From: a virus
Lineage: Duplodnaviria; Caudoviricetes
Length of the DNA: 58,446 bases
Direction: 5' to 3' (one strand)
IMG/VR virus record: IMGVR_UViG_3300025012_000101
Span: 1 to 58,446 of that record
The notes under the pieces were generated by a model. It saw only the letters and a program-made list of their open reading frames with translations, was not told the DNA's origin and did no database searches. The position numbers and the translations under genes are program-made. Below, in pieces: positions 41,153-51,188 of this stretch; the first letter of the stretch is position 1; each line of letters starts with the position of its first letter.

Positions 41153-42718
41153 ATGATTCAACTTTTCGCAAATAACGCCGCCAGCCTGCTGGCATCCAGC
41201 CTGACCAACGTAGCTACCAGCTTGTCGATTACGGCTGGTGCAGGGGTAAAGTTCCCGTCTCCAACCGGAGGCGATTATTTCAAGGCAACATTGTGCCAAC
41301 TTTCGGGCGTGGACGAGGTAAATTTCGAGATCGTGAAAGTGACGGCAAAATCAACCGATACTTTTACTATTGTCAGGGCGCAGGAAGGCACAACGGCGCT
41401 GGCATTCAATGCAGGCGACAAGTTTGAATTGCGAATCACTAAGGGAACGCTTGAGACGTTTGCGCTGAACTCAAGCGACAACATCAATAACGTTGGCATT
41501 CCAGGCGCAGCCGGGTTTGGCGTTGGCATTTGCCCGACGCTCCCAGCAGGGTTTGTTGCAATGTCTGGATACGATCAGCCAGGCACAGACAACTACGGCA
41601 ACTATCAGTACAGCGACGGCAGTATCATGGTCTGGATACCAGCCTTCTTTTACAAGTACGGCACCGGATCGAATGGTTTTGCAGTCAACATCGTGGATAT
41701 TAAGCCGGAATCGGCTTACGCGAATGAAGCGGCTGCCAATGCCGCAGGTTATGCGCTACATCGGGCATTTTACGATGGCGGCGCGGTGCAGCGCGGCGTG
41801 TTCGTTGACAAGTATAAATGCTCTGCCAATGCTGGCATCGCATCCAGCATCAAAAACGGCATTCCGATGTCGAGCAATTCTGCCAATAATCCGTTCAGCG
41901 TCTGCACTGCAAACGGCCAGACGCCGGCACAGTTTTACTACGGCGCTATTGCCGCCGCGAAGTCGCGCGGAAATAACTTTTTCCCCGGTAGTATGTTCAT
42001 TCGTGGCGCGCTGGCGCTGCTGGCGCTGGCACACGCGCAAGCCTCAACCGCAACGACGTGGTGCGCCTGGTATCACGCCACAAACAACTTCCCCAAAGGC
42101 TGCAACAACAACGCGCTTGGCGATCAGAACGATGCAGAACTGTTGTTTGTAACGTCCGGGTACTCAACCGCCAATAAAACCGGCAGTGCGAACGTGCTGG
42201 CCAAGACCACGCACAACGGTCAGAACTGCGGCGTGGCTGATGTGAACGGCACGTTATGGGAAGTGTGTCTGGGCATCACGTCCGATGCGACCAACTTCTA
42301 CGTCCTCAAAACCAGCGCGGCGATGAAGAACATCACATCAGGAAACACCGGCGCTACAGACGCATGGGGCGCTACCGGCATTACTGCGCTATACGACAGC
42401 CTCGGCGCGACCTACGGTGCGCTGACTGCATCCAGCACGGCAAAGTTATATGGCTCGGCAACACAGGTGTTTGATGCTGCAACCAGCGGAAATGCGTGGA
42501 ATGCAGCTGGCGCAGGAATTCCGCTGGTTGGTGGTGTTGGCGGAACGAATGCCTTTGGCAATGACGGTCTATGGGATTACAGGCCAAACGAGATGTGCCC
42601 GATTGCCGCGGGTAGCTGGAGCGCCGCGGCGGCCGCGGGGGCGTGGGCGTTGAATCTCAGCACCGTGCGTGGCAGCTCGGCCACCACCGTTGGGTTGCGC
42701 GCGGCCTTGTATCTTTGA
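41153..42718 (+). CDS. DGR-2 target: tail fibre / major tropism determinant-like receptor-binding protein with C-terminal CLec VR
   Basis: N-terminal virion anchor (FANNAASLL, EIVKVT, TIVRAQEGT); MVWIPAF, VDKYKCS and HNGQNCGVADVNGTLWE; VR at the C-terminus. Confidence 0.92.
   Translation: MIQLFANNAASLLASSLTNVATSLSITAGAGVKFPSPTGGDYFKATLCQLSGVDEVNFEIVKVTAKSTDTFTIVRAQEGTTALAFNAGDKFELRITKGTLETFALNSSDNINNVGIPGAAGFGVGICPTLPAGFVAMSGYDQPGTDNYGNYQYSDGSIMVWIPAFFYKYGTGSNGFAVNIVDIKPESAYANEAAANAAGYALHRAFYDGGAVQRGVFVDKYKCSANAGIASSIKNGIPMSSNSANNPFSVCTANGQTPAQFYYGAIAAAKSRGNNFFPGSMFIRGALALLALAHAQASTATTWCAWYHATNNFPKGCNNNALGDQNDAELLFVTSGYSTANKTGSANVLAKTTHNGQNCGVADVNGTLWEVCLGITSDATNFYVLKTSAAMKNITSGNTGATDAWGATGITALYDSLGATYGALTASSTAKLYGSATQVFDAATSGNAWNAAGAGIPLVGGVGGTNAFGNDGLWDYRPNEMCPIAAGSWSAAAAAGAWALNLSTVRGSSATTVGLRAALYL
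42593..42707 (+). repeat. DGR-2 variable repeat VR3
   Basis: 18 of 115 mismatches to TR2, all at TR adenines (11 A>G, 7 A>C). Confidence 0.96.
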
Positions 42719-42742
42719 TGCCTGAGCGATAGCGATGGGCAT
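42718..42742 (+). promoter_or_regulatory. Imperfect hairpin 3' of VR3, overlapping the avd start
   Basis: ATGCCTGAGC-GATA-GCGATGGGCAT. Confidence 0.5.
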
Positions 42743-43145
42743 TCACGATGAGGCGAAGCTGGATAAGAAATTCATGGAATTCGCCAAGTTGATGAACATC
42801 CACCTCAACCACTTCCCGAAGCATGAGAAGTACGGACTCGCGCTTGAAATCAGGCGTGCTGCCTATGAGATGTATGGCTTTATCGTAGAGGCGCAAAAGC
42901 GCTATCACAAGAAAACCGCAATGACCAACCTTGATACCCGGCATGAGCAGTTGCGCATGTTGGTGCGCCTTGCGTACACGCTGGGGTATTTTGAATTCAA
43001 GGATGGTCAGCGTGCAGAAAAATCACCATCCGAGTTAGGCGAGCATCGTTATCTCGCGCTGTCTCGGCTGGTGGATGAATTAGGCAGGATGATCGGCGGA
43101 TGGATTGTCGCCGAGCGCCTGCTTGATAAACGGGAGGCGTCTTAA
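42735..43145 (+). CDS. avd: DGR accessory variability determinant
   Basis: HFPKHEKYGLALEIRR...VDELGRMIGGWI; lies between target and TR. Confidence 0.92.
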   Translation: MGIHDEAKLDKKFMEFAKLMNIHLNHFPKHEKYGLALEIRRAAYEMYGFIVEAQKRYHKKTAMTNLDTRHEQLRMLVRLAYTLGYFEFKDGQRAEKSPSELGEHRYLALSRLVDELGRMIGGWIVAERLLDKREAS

Positions 43146-43146
43146 T

Positions 43147-43261
43147 ATGTGCCCGATTGCCGCAGGTAACTGGAACAACGCGGCGAACGCAGGAGCGTGG
43201 GCGTTGAATCTCAACAACGTGCGTGACAACTCGAACAACAACGTTGGGTTGCGCGCGGACT
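43147..43261 (+). repeat. DGR-2 template repeat (TR2), about 29 adenines
   Basis: AAC-rich ungapped copy of 42593-42707. Confidence 0.96.
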
Positions 43262-43400
43262 CGGTTTCACCTCACAGGCCGCATTTTGGTCATAGTGGAA
43301 TCAAGGGAGACGCTTTCCGGCGCGTGGTGAAAGCCACGGCGAAATCGGTATGCTTCCGCCTTTCTGGTAGGGCGGAAGATCGTCTCGAAGGTCTGGCGAC

Positions 43401-44423
43401 ATGAAGCGTATCGGCCATCTATATGAGCAGGCTTTTACCCGCGAGGCGTTGCTGATCGCATTTCACGCGGCGGCGCGCAACAAGCGCGGCAAGCGTGCTT
43501 GCTTCAACTTTGAAAAAAGCCTCGCCAGCAATCTGGACGCCCTCCACAACGAGCTGAGTAACGGGAGTTATAAGCCGCGCCCATACTACAGTTTCATGGT
43601 CTACGAACCGAAGCCGCGCCGCATCTATGCTCCGGCCTTCCGCGATCTGGTGGTGCAGCACGCCATCTATCGCGTGGTCGCGCCAATCTTCGAGTGCGGA
43701 TTCATCGACCAGTCGTTCGCCTGCCGCATCGGCTACGGAACACACAAGGCCGCAGATTACGCGCAGGCCGCATTACAGCAGATACCGCGCGACAGCTACA
43801 CACTCAAGCTGGACATCCGCAAGTTCTTCTACCGCATCGACCGCAGCATCCTGCGCACGCAGATCGAGCGCAAGATCAAGGATGCCCGCTTTGTTGACCT
43901 GATGACGATGTTCGCCGACCACGGCGAACCGGAAGGCATCCCAATCGGGAATCTACTGTCGCAACTCTACGCGCTGATCTACCTGAACCCGCTGGATCAC
44001 TACATCAAGCGCGAGCTGGGCATCAAGCACTACTGCCGATATGTGGACGATTTCGTGTTATTTGGTATCAGCCGCGAGCGAGCGCTGGAATGCCAGCGCC
44101 TGATCATTGATTTCATCCGGCGCGAACTCGGTCTGGAGCTATCCAAGTCTACCATCGCGCCAGTGGCGCGCGGCATCAACTTCGTCGGCTATCGCACCTG
44201 GGCTAGCAAGCGCTTCATCCGCCGCCACAGTCTAGGTAATTACCGCGTAGCGATGCGCCGTGGTGAGATTGAATCCGCTGCATCAATTCTTGGCCATGCA
44301 CGCCATACCCATTCGTTGCAGCACATGCTGCGTTATTCCAAGGAGCAGCACCATGCCAACCATTGTCGCCTACCGCAAATATATCGATCCAGAGATCACG
44401 CGCGAACTTCGCCTGCCTGTTGA
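43401..44423 (+). CDS. DGR-2 reverse transcriptase
   Basis: APAFRDLVVQHA, LKLDIRKFF, GIPIGNLLSQ, YCRYVDDF and NFVGY. Confidence 0.96.
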   Translation: MKRIGHLYEQAFTREALLIAFHAAARNKRGKRACFNFEKSLASNLDALHNELSNGSYKPRPYYSFMVYEPKPRRIYAPAFRDLVVQHAIYRVVAPIFECGFIDQSFACRIGYGTHKAADYAQAALQQIPRDSYTLKLDIRKFFYRIDRSILRTQIERKIKDARFVDLMTMFADHGEPEGIPIGNLLSQLYALIYLNPLDHYIKRELGIKHYCRYVDDFVLFGISRERALECQRLIIDFIRRELGLELSKSTIAPVARGINFVGYRTWASKRFIRRHSLGNYRVAMRRGEIESAASILGHARHTHSLQHMLRYSKEQHHANHCRLPQIYRSRDHARTSPAC

Positions 44424-44811
44424 CGGCCAGCATCAATCGCTCGGCACCGAGCTGGCGACACTCGCAGACGGTACAACCTACGTCTGCCTGCCGGACGGCG
44501 CGGTGCTGCCAGCCGGCCAGCATGACGAGATCGCCGTTAGCATCCAGACCGTGACGCTGACCACTGCGCAGATTGCCGAAATCAAATCGGTCAGCCCTCA
44601 TGTGCGACTGATTTCCGACCGGATGCAGCAGATGATCCGTGACGCCTATAGCCTGGAGGATGAGCAGTATTTCTCCCGCATCGGGGTTGGAGTAGCGCTT
44701 GGTGCGTATGTATTTCAGGCCGGCGAAATGGACGCATTACTGGCCTTCGGCGCGCATGTCGAGGCTGTCCGGCAGTGGGGTAGAGATCGCCGCGCGGAGA
44801 TTGGGCTGTGA
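44353..44811 (+). CDS. Tail-fibre-associated hypothetical protein
   Basis: AGGAG RBS before the ATG at 44353; IRDAYSLEDE...R-EIGL. Confidence 0.65.
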   Translation: MPTIVAYRKYIDPEITRELRLPVDGQHQSLGTELATLADGTTYVCLPDGAVLPAGQHDEIAVSIQTVTLTTAQIAEIKSVSPHVRLISDRMQQMIRDAYSLEDEQYFSRIGVGVALGAYVFQAGEMDALLAFGAHVEAVRQWGRDRRAEIGL

Positions 44812-45140
44812 TTGCCATCCTCTACACTATCGCCTACCTATACCTATTCTGGTGCGCCTATGTACTGGTGATGGCTCTATATAGGGCGCACCTCGACAAG
44901 CGATTACATGGGACGAATCGCATCCTTGCATTGCCGGTGGTGGCCTTTGGCATCGGGATTGATGTGTTCTCAAACATGATAATCGCGCCGGTGGTGTTTC
45001 TCGATCTGCCGCGTGAATGGTTGGTGACGCAGCGTCTTTCGCGCTACATTAAAACGGATACAGGCTGGCGTGCCACGCTGGCCGAGCGCATCTGCAATGG
45101 ATTGCTGGATGCGTTTGACCCAACCGGAGATCATTGCTGA
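44808..45140 (+). CDS. Membrane protein
   Basis: Two hydrophobic helices; PREWLVTQRL and LDAFDPTGDHC. Confidence 0.7.
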   Translation: MIAILYTIAYLYLFWCAYVLVMALYRAHLDKRLHGTNRILALPVVAFGIGIDVFSNMIIAPVVFLDLPREWLVTQRLSRYIKTDTGWRATLAERICNGLLDAFDPTGDHC

Positions 45141-45242
45141 TGACAGGCTTTTCAGTAAGACAATTCAAGTGGATCGCCCCGCGCGCAGAATTGCACTGAC
45201 CAAGCCAAGCACCATCCAAACCATTCTGATAAAGCAACCAAC

Positions 45243-45266
45243 AAGCCGCCATTGAGCGGCTTTTTA
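45243..45266 (+). terminator. Rho-independent terminator
   Basis: AAGCCGC-CATTGA-GCGGCTT-TTT. Confidence 0.75.
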
Positions 45267-45279
45267 TTTTGGATACTCC

Positions 45280-46899
45280 ATGACCGTAATCGCAATCAAG
45301 GAATTCGACGGTGAAGCACCAAAGGTAAACCCGCGTCAGCTCCCGGCTACCATGGCGCAGCGCGCGCTGAACTGCAAGCTATGGGCAACGCTTGAACCGT
45401 TCCGTGATGTTGCCGCCGTGATTACGCCGACAAAGGTTGGCGCAAATATGTCCATGTACCGGATTGGTCAAGGGTTGGCCGAAACGCTGTTCTGGATGAC
45501 CTGGGCGATGGATGTAAACGTGGCGCGCGGCCAGATCGCCGGAGATACCACAGAGCGCACCTATTACACCGGTGACGGCGTGCCGAAGGTTACTGACGCA
45601 TCAATGTGCAGCACCGGAGGAACGAACTACCCAAATGCATCCTACACGCTCGGGCTTCCAAAGCCCGCCGCCTCTCCAATCGCTACAGTTTCTGGTGCCG
45701 GAACCGGGCTTCCCGAGCGGCGCATCTATGTCTACACCTACGTTTCAGCATGGGGTGAAGAGTCGCAACCTTGCCTGGCATCTGCTCCAGCGGATGTGCT
45801 GGTTGGCCAAACTGTCACGCTCTCCAGCCTATCGGTTGCGCCGACTGGAGCCTATAACGTGGCGACCAAGCGCATCTACCGCTCGAACTCTGGAACATTC
45901 GGTACGCAGTTCCAGTTCGTCGCCGAGATTCCAGTAGCCACGACAACCTACGCCGACACCTTGCTTGGAACGGCATTGGGCGAATTGCTGCCGTCCGATA
46001 CCTGGGCGATGCCACCGGCAACCCTTTCCGGCCTGATCACATTGCCGAATGGAGTCATGGCCGGGTTTGCTGGCAACGAGGTGTGTTTCTGTGAGCCTTA
46101 CAAGCCCTATGCATGGCCGATCAAGTACCGGCAGGCGACAGATTTCCCGATTGTTGCTATCGGACAGTATGGCGGCGTGCTGATCGTCGCTACGACCGGT
46201 ACGCCATACATGCTGTCTGGTGTTGACCCGTCCAGCATGTCCATGATCAAGATGGAATTGCAGCAGGCATGCGTCTCCAAGCGCTCAATGGTGAACATGG
46301 GCAATGGCGTGTGCTACGCCTCCCCGGATGGGCTGGTATTCGCCACGGCAGGCGGCGCGATGCTGGCGACCAAAGAGCACTTCACCCGCGACCAATGGCA
46401 GGCGCTCAAGCCGGATTCGATCCACGCCTATCTGCTCGATGGCCGCTACATCGGCTTCTACAACACCGGCACGGTATCGGGCGGGTTCATCTTCAGCCCG
46501 GCAGACGGCAAGGATGGGCTGGTGATGATCGACACTTACGCAACTGCTGGCTACGTTGATCCGGTGCTGGACGCGCTCTACCTTCGGATAGGTGCGAACA
46601 TCGTGCGCTGGGATGCCCATGCCACGGCGAAGAAAACGCTGACATGGAAATCCAAAGTATTCACCGCGCCAAAGCCGTGCAATATGTCCTGCGCCCAAGC
46701 TCTGGCCGCCGCCTACCCGGTGACGGTAAACGTCTACGCCGATGGGGTATTGAAGCGCGCGCAGACGGTGACTAGCGATCTGCCGTTCCGGCTGCCTTCT
46801 GGATTTCTGGCGCGCGACTGGGAAATTGAGGTGGTAGGGCAGAACGAGATTTACGCGCTGTTCCTGGCTGAATCCATGACGGAACTGGCAAATGGCTAA
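45280..46899 (+). CDS. Tail tubular/nozzle (hub) protein
   Basis: Beta-propeller-like 539 aa; [31 protein letters not shown] and FRLPSG. Confidence 0.72.
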   Translation: MTVIAIKEFDGEAPKVNPRQLPATMAQRALNCKLWATLEPFRDVAAVITPTKVGANMSMYRIGQGLAETLFWMTWAMDVNVARGQIAGDTTERTYYTGDGVPKVTDASMCSTGGTNYPNASYTLGLPKPAASPIATVSGAGTGLPERRIYVYTYVSAWGEESQPCLASAPADVLVGQTVTLSSLSVAPTGAYNVATKRIYRSNSGTFGTQFQFVAEIPVATTTYADTLLGTALGELLPSDTWAMPPATLSGLITLPNGVMAGFAGNEVCFCEPYKPYAWPIKYRQATDFPIVAIGQYGGVLIVATTGTPYMLSGVDPSSMSMIKMELQQACVSKRSMVNMGNGVCYASPDGLVFATAGGAMLATKEHFTRDQWQALKPDSIHAYLLDGRYIGFYNTGTVSGGFIFSPADGKDGLVMIDTYATAGYVDPVLDALYLRIGANIVRWDAHATAKKTLTWKSKVFTAPKPCNMSCAQALAAAYPVTVNVYADGVLKRAQTVTSDLPFRLPSGFLARDWEIEVVGQNEIYALFLAESMTELANG

Positions 46900-48517
46900 C
46901 CTGCTCACGGCGACCAAGCTGCCAGCGATTCCGCCAGTTCCTGCCGGGTTGCAGCCGCCTGCCTTGTCGCAGGTTCTGGTGGCGGTCAGAGAGGCATTGA
47001 ACGTGATGAACGGCGTGACCGGCGACCCGCTGGATGCGTCAGTCACCTTCCGCGACCTGATTAACTCCGGCGCACTGTTGCTCAACTACAACGGGCAGAC
47101 TTCCACCGGAACGGGGATGTTGCCGCTGGGCAGCGGAATACAAGTCGCGGCCACAACGCAGGTTGACTACACGCCTCCGCCCGCGCCGACAGGCTTGATC
47201 GCGTCCGGCGCAATCGGCAACATGATCCTTGCATGGGATACCCCAACCTACAAAAACCACGCCTACACCGAGATATGGCGCGCGCAGGTGACATTCACCG
47301 CAGGCGTTGCCGACCCCAGCAATATCGGCTTGGCGCAAAAGGTTGGCACATCATCCGGCTATGTCGGCGTGTATGCGGACGCCACGGGCGCGGCCAGTGA
47401 TTGCTGGTACTGGATCAGGTTCGTCTCAACGGCGAACGTGACCGGCGCTTACAACGCGATTGCCGGGGTGCGCGGAACGACCGCGACTGATCCTGCATAC
47501 CTGATGAGTCTGTTGACTGGAGCGCTTGGTGATCAGCCGCTCTATCAGTTGGCAACCACGACGGTTATCAACGGGGTGAGCGTGCCGCCCGGCGTGTACA
47601 TGAAGGCTGTGTATATTCAGGACGGCGTGATCACCAATGCCAAGATTGGCAGTCTTGCAGTCGATACAGCCAAGATAGCCGATGCAGCAATATCCAATGC
47701 GAAGATTGCCGCGCTTGCCGTAAGCAATGCGCAAATTCAGGATGCGGCGATCACAACGGCAAAAATCGCGTTGGCGCAGATCACGCAGGCATTGATCGCC
47801 AATGCGGCTATTGGGAATGCACAGATTCAGAATGCAGCGATTGATACCTTGCAGCTTGCCGGACAGGCGGTGACCATTCCAGTTAGCTCATACGCTGCTT
47901 CTTCTGTTGCGCTTGCCACAACCGATACCAATTGCGGTTCTGCGACCATTATTTCATCTGGAGCTCCAATTAGCGTAAGAGTTGCGTGCCGTGTGGCTAT
48001 CTCGGTATCGCCAATACTAACTCAGCCGCAGCTATATGTAGCCGGCACAATTACTGCCAACACAACCGTAAACTCTTCTGCAAACGCAACAACCAGTGTA
48101 AACACCAACGTCTCTGTAGGCAGTGCGTATTGCACGACTTTCCATAATCATACGGCAAGCGCAAACAGCACTGCAAATACAAGTGTTAATGTCAATTCAA
48201 CAGCAAATACAAGCGTAAATGGAGGCGGGCAATATATATTCGGAAGCAATGTAGCAGCAGCAGGCTATGCCACTGTTACGGCAAGAATACTTCGGTCGGA
48301 TGGCGTTTCATTTAATGCGGGTTTGGTGGCGCGCTGTGATGCAAGCACAAACTCATCTGGATTTAATGGCACATTTGTTTTGGAAATTACTGACATGCCT
48401 GGCGTTGGAACTTTCACATATAGCGTGATTGCATCCTACGCAACAGGAGGGTCTATCGCTGCGGCATCTGCATCCGTGTCAAATAGAAATGTGAATTTGT
48501 TGGAGACAAAACGATGA
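46892..48517 (+). CDS. Second tail fibre/spike protein (Fn3-like domain, 10-aa AKI--AAI repeats, AT-rich C-terminal module)
   Basis: PPAPTGL...YTEIWR...YWIRFV; repeated [20 protein letters not shown]. Confidence 0.75.
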   Translation: MANLLTATKLPAIPPVPAGLQPPALSQVLVAVREALNVMNGVTGDPLDASVTFRDLINSGALLLNYNGQTSTGTGMLPLGSGIQVAATTQVDYTPPPAPTGLIASGAIGNMILAWDTPTYKNHAYTEIWRAQVTFTAGVADPSNIGLAQKVGTSSGYVGVYADATGAASDCWYWIRFVSTANVTGAYNAIAGVRGTTATDPAYLMSLLTGALGDQPLYQLATTTVINGVSVPPGVYMKAVYIQDGVITNAKIGSLAVDTAKIADAAISNAKIAALAVSNAQIQDAAITTAKIALAQITQALIANAAIGNAQIQNAAIDTLQLAGQAVTIPVSSYAASSVALATTDTNCGSATIISSGAPISVRVACRVAISVSPILTQPQLYVAGTITANTTVNSSANATTSVNTNVSVGSAYCTTFHNHTASANSTANTSVNVNSTANTSVNGGGQYIFGSNVAAAGYATVTARILRSDGVSFNAGLVARCDASTNSSGFNGTFVLEITDMPGVGTFTYSVIASYATGGSIAAASASVSNRNVNLLETKR

Positions 48518-48702
48518 AAAACTATGTGGTGTATGACAGGCAAGGTATTATTCAAAAGACTGGTCATTGTCCAACCGACATGCTTGAGTTGCAAGCTGGG
48601 CAAAACGAATTCGTTATGGAAGGTCAAGCAGACGAAGAGAGCGATCTAATTGATGTTGCGGCAAAAACGGTGTTAAGGAATGCTCGGAAACAGCATACCT
48701 AA
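48514..48702 (+). CDS. Small fibre-associated hypothetical protein
   Basis: ATGA-coupled to the fibre gene. Confidence 0.6.
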   Translation: MKNYVVYDRQGIIQKTGHCPTDMLELQAGQNEFVMEGQADEESDLIDVAAKTVLRNARKQHT

Positions 48703-48763
48703 CCTCTTGCATTTCCCCCAAAAACAAGTAGAAGTAGAGGGCACATTCAAACTTTATTGAGGT

Positions 48764-49243
48764 GTGCAAGTGGTCGATAACCTGACCTATCAGGTAGAGA
48801 AATACAGCGACACGCTTCCCGACATGAAGCCGCTGTATAACGACCACTGGCTTGAGCTTGGCACGAACCACGACGTTATCAAGCTCAACATGGATTACAA
48901 GCGCTACGAGGCATTGGATGCCGCCGGCGTGTTGCATCTGGTCACAGTTCGCAACCACGGCGAACTGATCGGCTACTACCTTTCCATCATCATGCCGCAC
49001 CTGCACTACGCCGACGTACTTACGTCATTCGGCGACATCATGTATCTGAAAAAACAATACCGACGCGGATTCTCCGGCGTGCGCCTGCTGAAGTTCGCCG
49101 AGGAATCGCTGCGCGCCATCGGCGTGAAATGGATTTTCTCTGGATCGAAGCTGCATTTTGAGGAAGGAAGGCTGGGCAAAGTTCTTGAATTGCTCGGCTA
49201 TAAGGCGCGAGAGGTTCAATACACGAAATACTTAGGGGGTTAA
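48764..49243 (+). CDS. GNAT-family acetyltransferase-like protein
   Basis: LIGYY...DIMYLKKQYRRGFSGVRLLKFAE...LGY. Confidence 0.75.
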   Translation: MQVVDNLTYQVEKYSDTLPDMKPLYNDHWLELGTNHDVIKLNMDYKRYEALDAAGVLHLVTVRNHGELIGYYLSIIMPHLHYADVLTSFGDIMYLKKQYRRGFSGVRLLKFAEESLRAIGVKWIFSGSKLHFEEGRLGKVLELLGYKAREVQYTKYLGG

Positions 49244-49245
49244 TC

Positions 49246-49947
49246 ATGTTCGTTGGTTGGTACATCAGATTTTTCAAGGCTACATTTATGTGCCATTGGG
49301 GGGTTGCGGCATCCATTGCTATTCCCATGATCATTGGTGACAACGGCCAAGGCGATGCAAATCAGGCGTCGGCCAATGCGGCGAATTCAAGCGCAGCCGC
49401 AGCGGACAAGCAAGTCGCCATCGCGCAGGATCAGTGGGATATGTGGAAGCAGCAGTACGGCCCGATGAACAATCAATTAACCGGCCTTACCACTGCCGCC
49501 GGATCGCCCGCGCAGATTGACCAGGAAGGCGCGATTGCGGATGCAAATGCCACCCAGCAGATCGGGCTGGCGAGCGCCGCAAAGAGTCGCGCGCTTCAGC
49601 GCACCGGCGTAAACCCGAACTCTGGGAATGCGCTGGCGCTGGCCACCGAGAATGCCAACAACGAGGCGCTGATGAAAACGGGAGCAGTCAACACCGCGCG
49701 CAAGACCACTCAGGATACCGCCTTTGCCAAGACGCTGGATACCGTCAACGCGGGCAATCGCGTGGCCAGCAATGCCACTACCGGGCTTTCATCGGCGACC
49801 GCCGGACTTTCTGCGGCATCGAATGCGAGTGCCGGGGTTGCGGCCAATGCGGCAAAAACAAACGAGTCGATGGGTGGGTTATACAACACGATTGGAACAG
49901 GTATCGCTAAAGTCTTAACTCAACCGAGTGGATGGGGAGGTGGTTAA
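49246..49947 (+). CDS. Internal virion / DNA ejection protein
   Basis: Ala/Asn/Gln-rich; LQRTGVNPNSG; in the ejectosome position. Confidence 0.65.
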   Translation: MFVGWYIRFFKATFMCHWGVAASIAIPMIIGDNGQGDANQASANAANSSAAAADKQVAIAQDQWDMWKQQYGPMNNQLTGLTTAAGSPAQIDQEGAIADANATQQIGLASAAKSRALQRTGVNPNSGNALALATENANNEALMKTGAVNTARKTTQDTAFAKTLDTVNAGNRVASNATTGLSSATAGLSAASNASAGVAANAAKTNESMGGLYNTIGTGIAKVLTQPSGWGGG

Positions 49948-49949
49948 TC

Positions 49950-51170
49950 ATGGCAATTTCAATGGCAGGACTGGCAAGCACAATGCAAGGGTATCAGCAG
50001 GCTGACCGCCAGCGCGCGAGCGATGAAGCGAACACCCGCAAGGATCGGCGCGACCAATGGCAATTCGAGCAGGAAAAGAAGGCGCAAGAGGCGCGCACAA
50101 GGGAAGATGCTGTCCTGAATGGCGAACCTGGACTCAGTGCAGTTACTCCAAAAGTGCCCGCAGCTACTGATCAGGCCGCGCCCGTTACCCAGCAGCCTTC
50201 CGCCAGCATGGGCGCATCAACGCCGGCATTGGCGCAGCCATCTGCTCAAGCAGCGCCTACCTCGCCTATCTCCTATTCCAAGCAGATGCAGCAGCGCGTG
50301 AATGACTACGCCGCGAAGAATCCGAACGACATCAAAGGCATCACCTCGATGCAAGCCAAGGTGGATTCGTTTGCTCAGGGTGAAACAGCAAAAAAACAAA
50401 ACGAGTTTCTGGCCTATGGAAACGATGCAATCCGCAAGCTGGTCGCCTTCAACGACGTATCTGGTGTGCAGGAACTTATGACGAAGCATTGGCCGGACGG
50501 CAAGCAGTACCAGTTCCAGGCGAACAAGGATGGTTCGTATGACGTTGCCGAAGTAGGCGGCACCCGCACCAAGCATTTCAGCAACATGGATGAGCTTGGC
50601 AGGACAATTACCAATGTGCTGAGTCCGGCGCAATACCAAGCAGCCCATGCAAAAGCGCAGGAAACCGGCCTTGTGGAAGGTGCAAAATTACCCGCGAAGG
50701 TTGCCGAGGAAGAGGCCAAGGCGCGCGCCAAGGCAAAAGGTGATATTGAGACAGCGCAGCAAACCGGCGTAGTGGACAAGAATAAAGCCGATGCAACGCA
50801 ATCAAGGGCTGCTGCCGGGTTATCGTCGGCATCCGCCGGTGAAAAGAACTTCGACACCGGGCAAAAAAGCGCACTGGCCAAGGTGAATGCGCAGATCGCC
50901 GCAACCGATGAAGTTGCCGAGCCATCCAAGTACAAAGAACTGCTGAAGCAAAGAGCGAGCCTTGAGCCGCGCCAAGTCAATGTCGGAGGGTTGCATACCA
51001 CGCTTGGCGAAAACGATAGCGGCATGAAGGTGCCGATCATTACCGATCCGGTTACCGGCAAGGTGTATCAAGGCGGGAATGTGATCTATGACCGTAGCAG
51101 CGGGTCGGCCACTCCCAAGCAAACTCCACTGCCAGCAGCGGGACTCCCTTCAGGATTTAAGCCGCTCTAA
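49950..51170 (+). CDS. Internal virion / DNA ejection protein
   Basis: GGAGGT RBS; Ala/Gln/Lys-rich; precedes the giant gene. Confidence 0.65.
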   Translation: MAISMAGLASTMQGYQQADRQRASDEANTRKDRRDQWQFEQEKKAQEARTREDAVLNGEPGLSAVTPKVPAATDQAAPVTQQPSASMGASTPALAQPSAQAAPTSPISYSKQMQQRVNDYAAKNPNDIKGITSMQAKVDSFAQGETAKKQNEFLAYGNDAIRKLVAFNDVSGVQELMTKHWPDGKQYQFQANKDGSYDVAEVGGTRTKHFSNMDELGRTITNVLSPAQYQAAHAKAQETGLVEGAKLPAKVAEEEAKARAKAKGDIETAQQTGVVDKNKADATQSRAAAGLSSASAGEKNFDTGQKSALAKVNAQIAATDEVAEPSKYKELLKQRASLEPRQVNVGGLHTTLGENDSGMKVPIITDPVTGKVYQGGNVIYDRSSGSATPKQTPLPAAGLPSGFKPL

Positions 51171-51188
51171 GCAAAAGGACATCGCCCA

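Noticed and set aside
42593-43261. Cross-targeting of VR3 by TR1, or of VR1/VR2 by TR2
   Set aside because: There is no ungapped nucleotide alignment between the two systems; only the general CLec protein pattern is shared.
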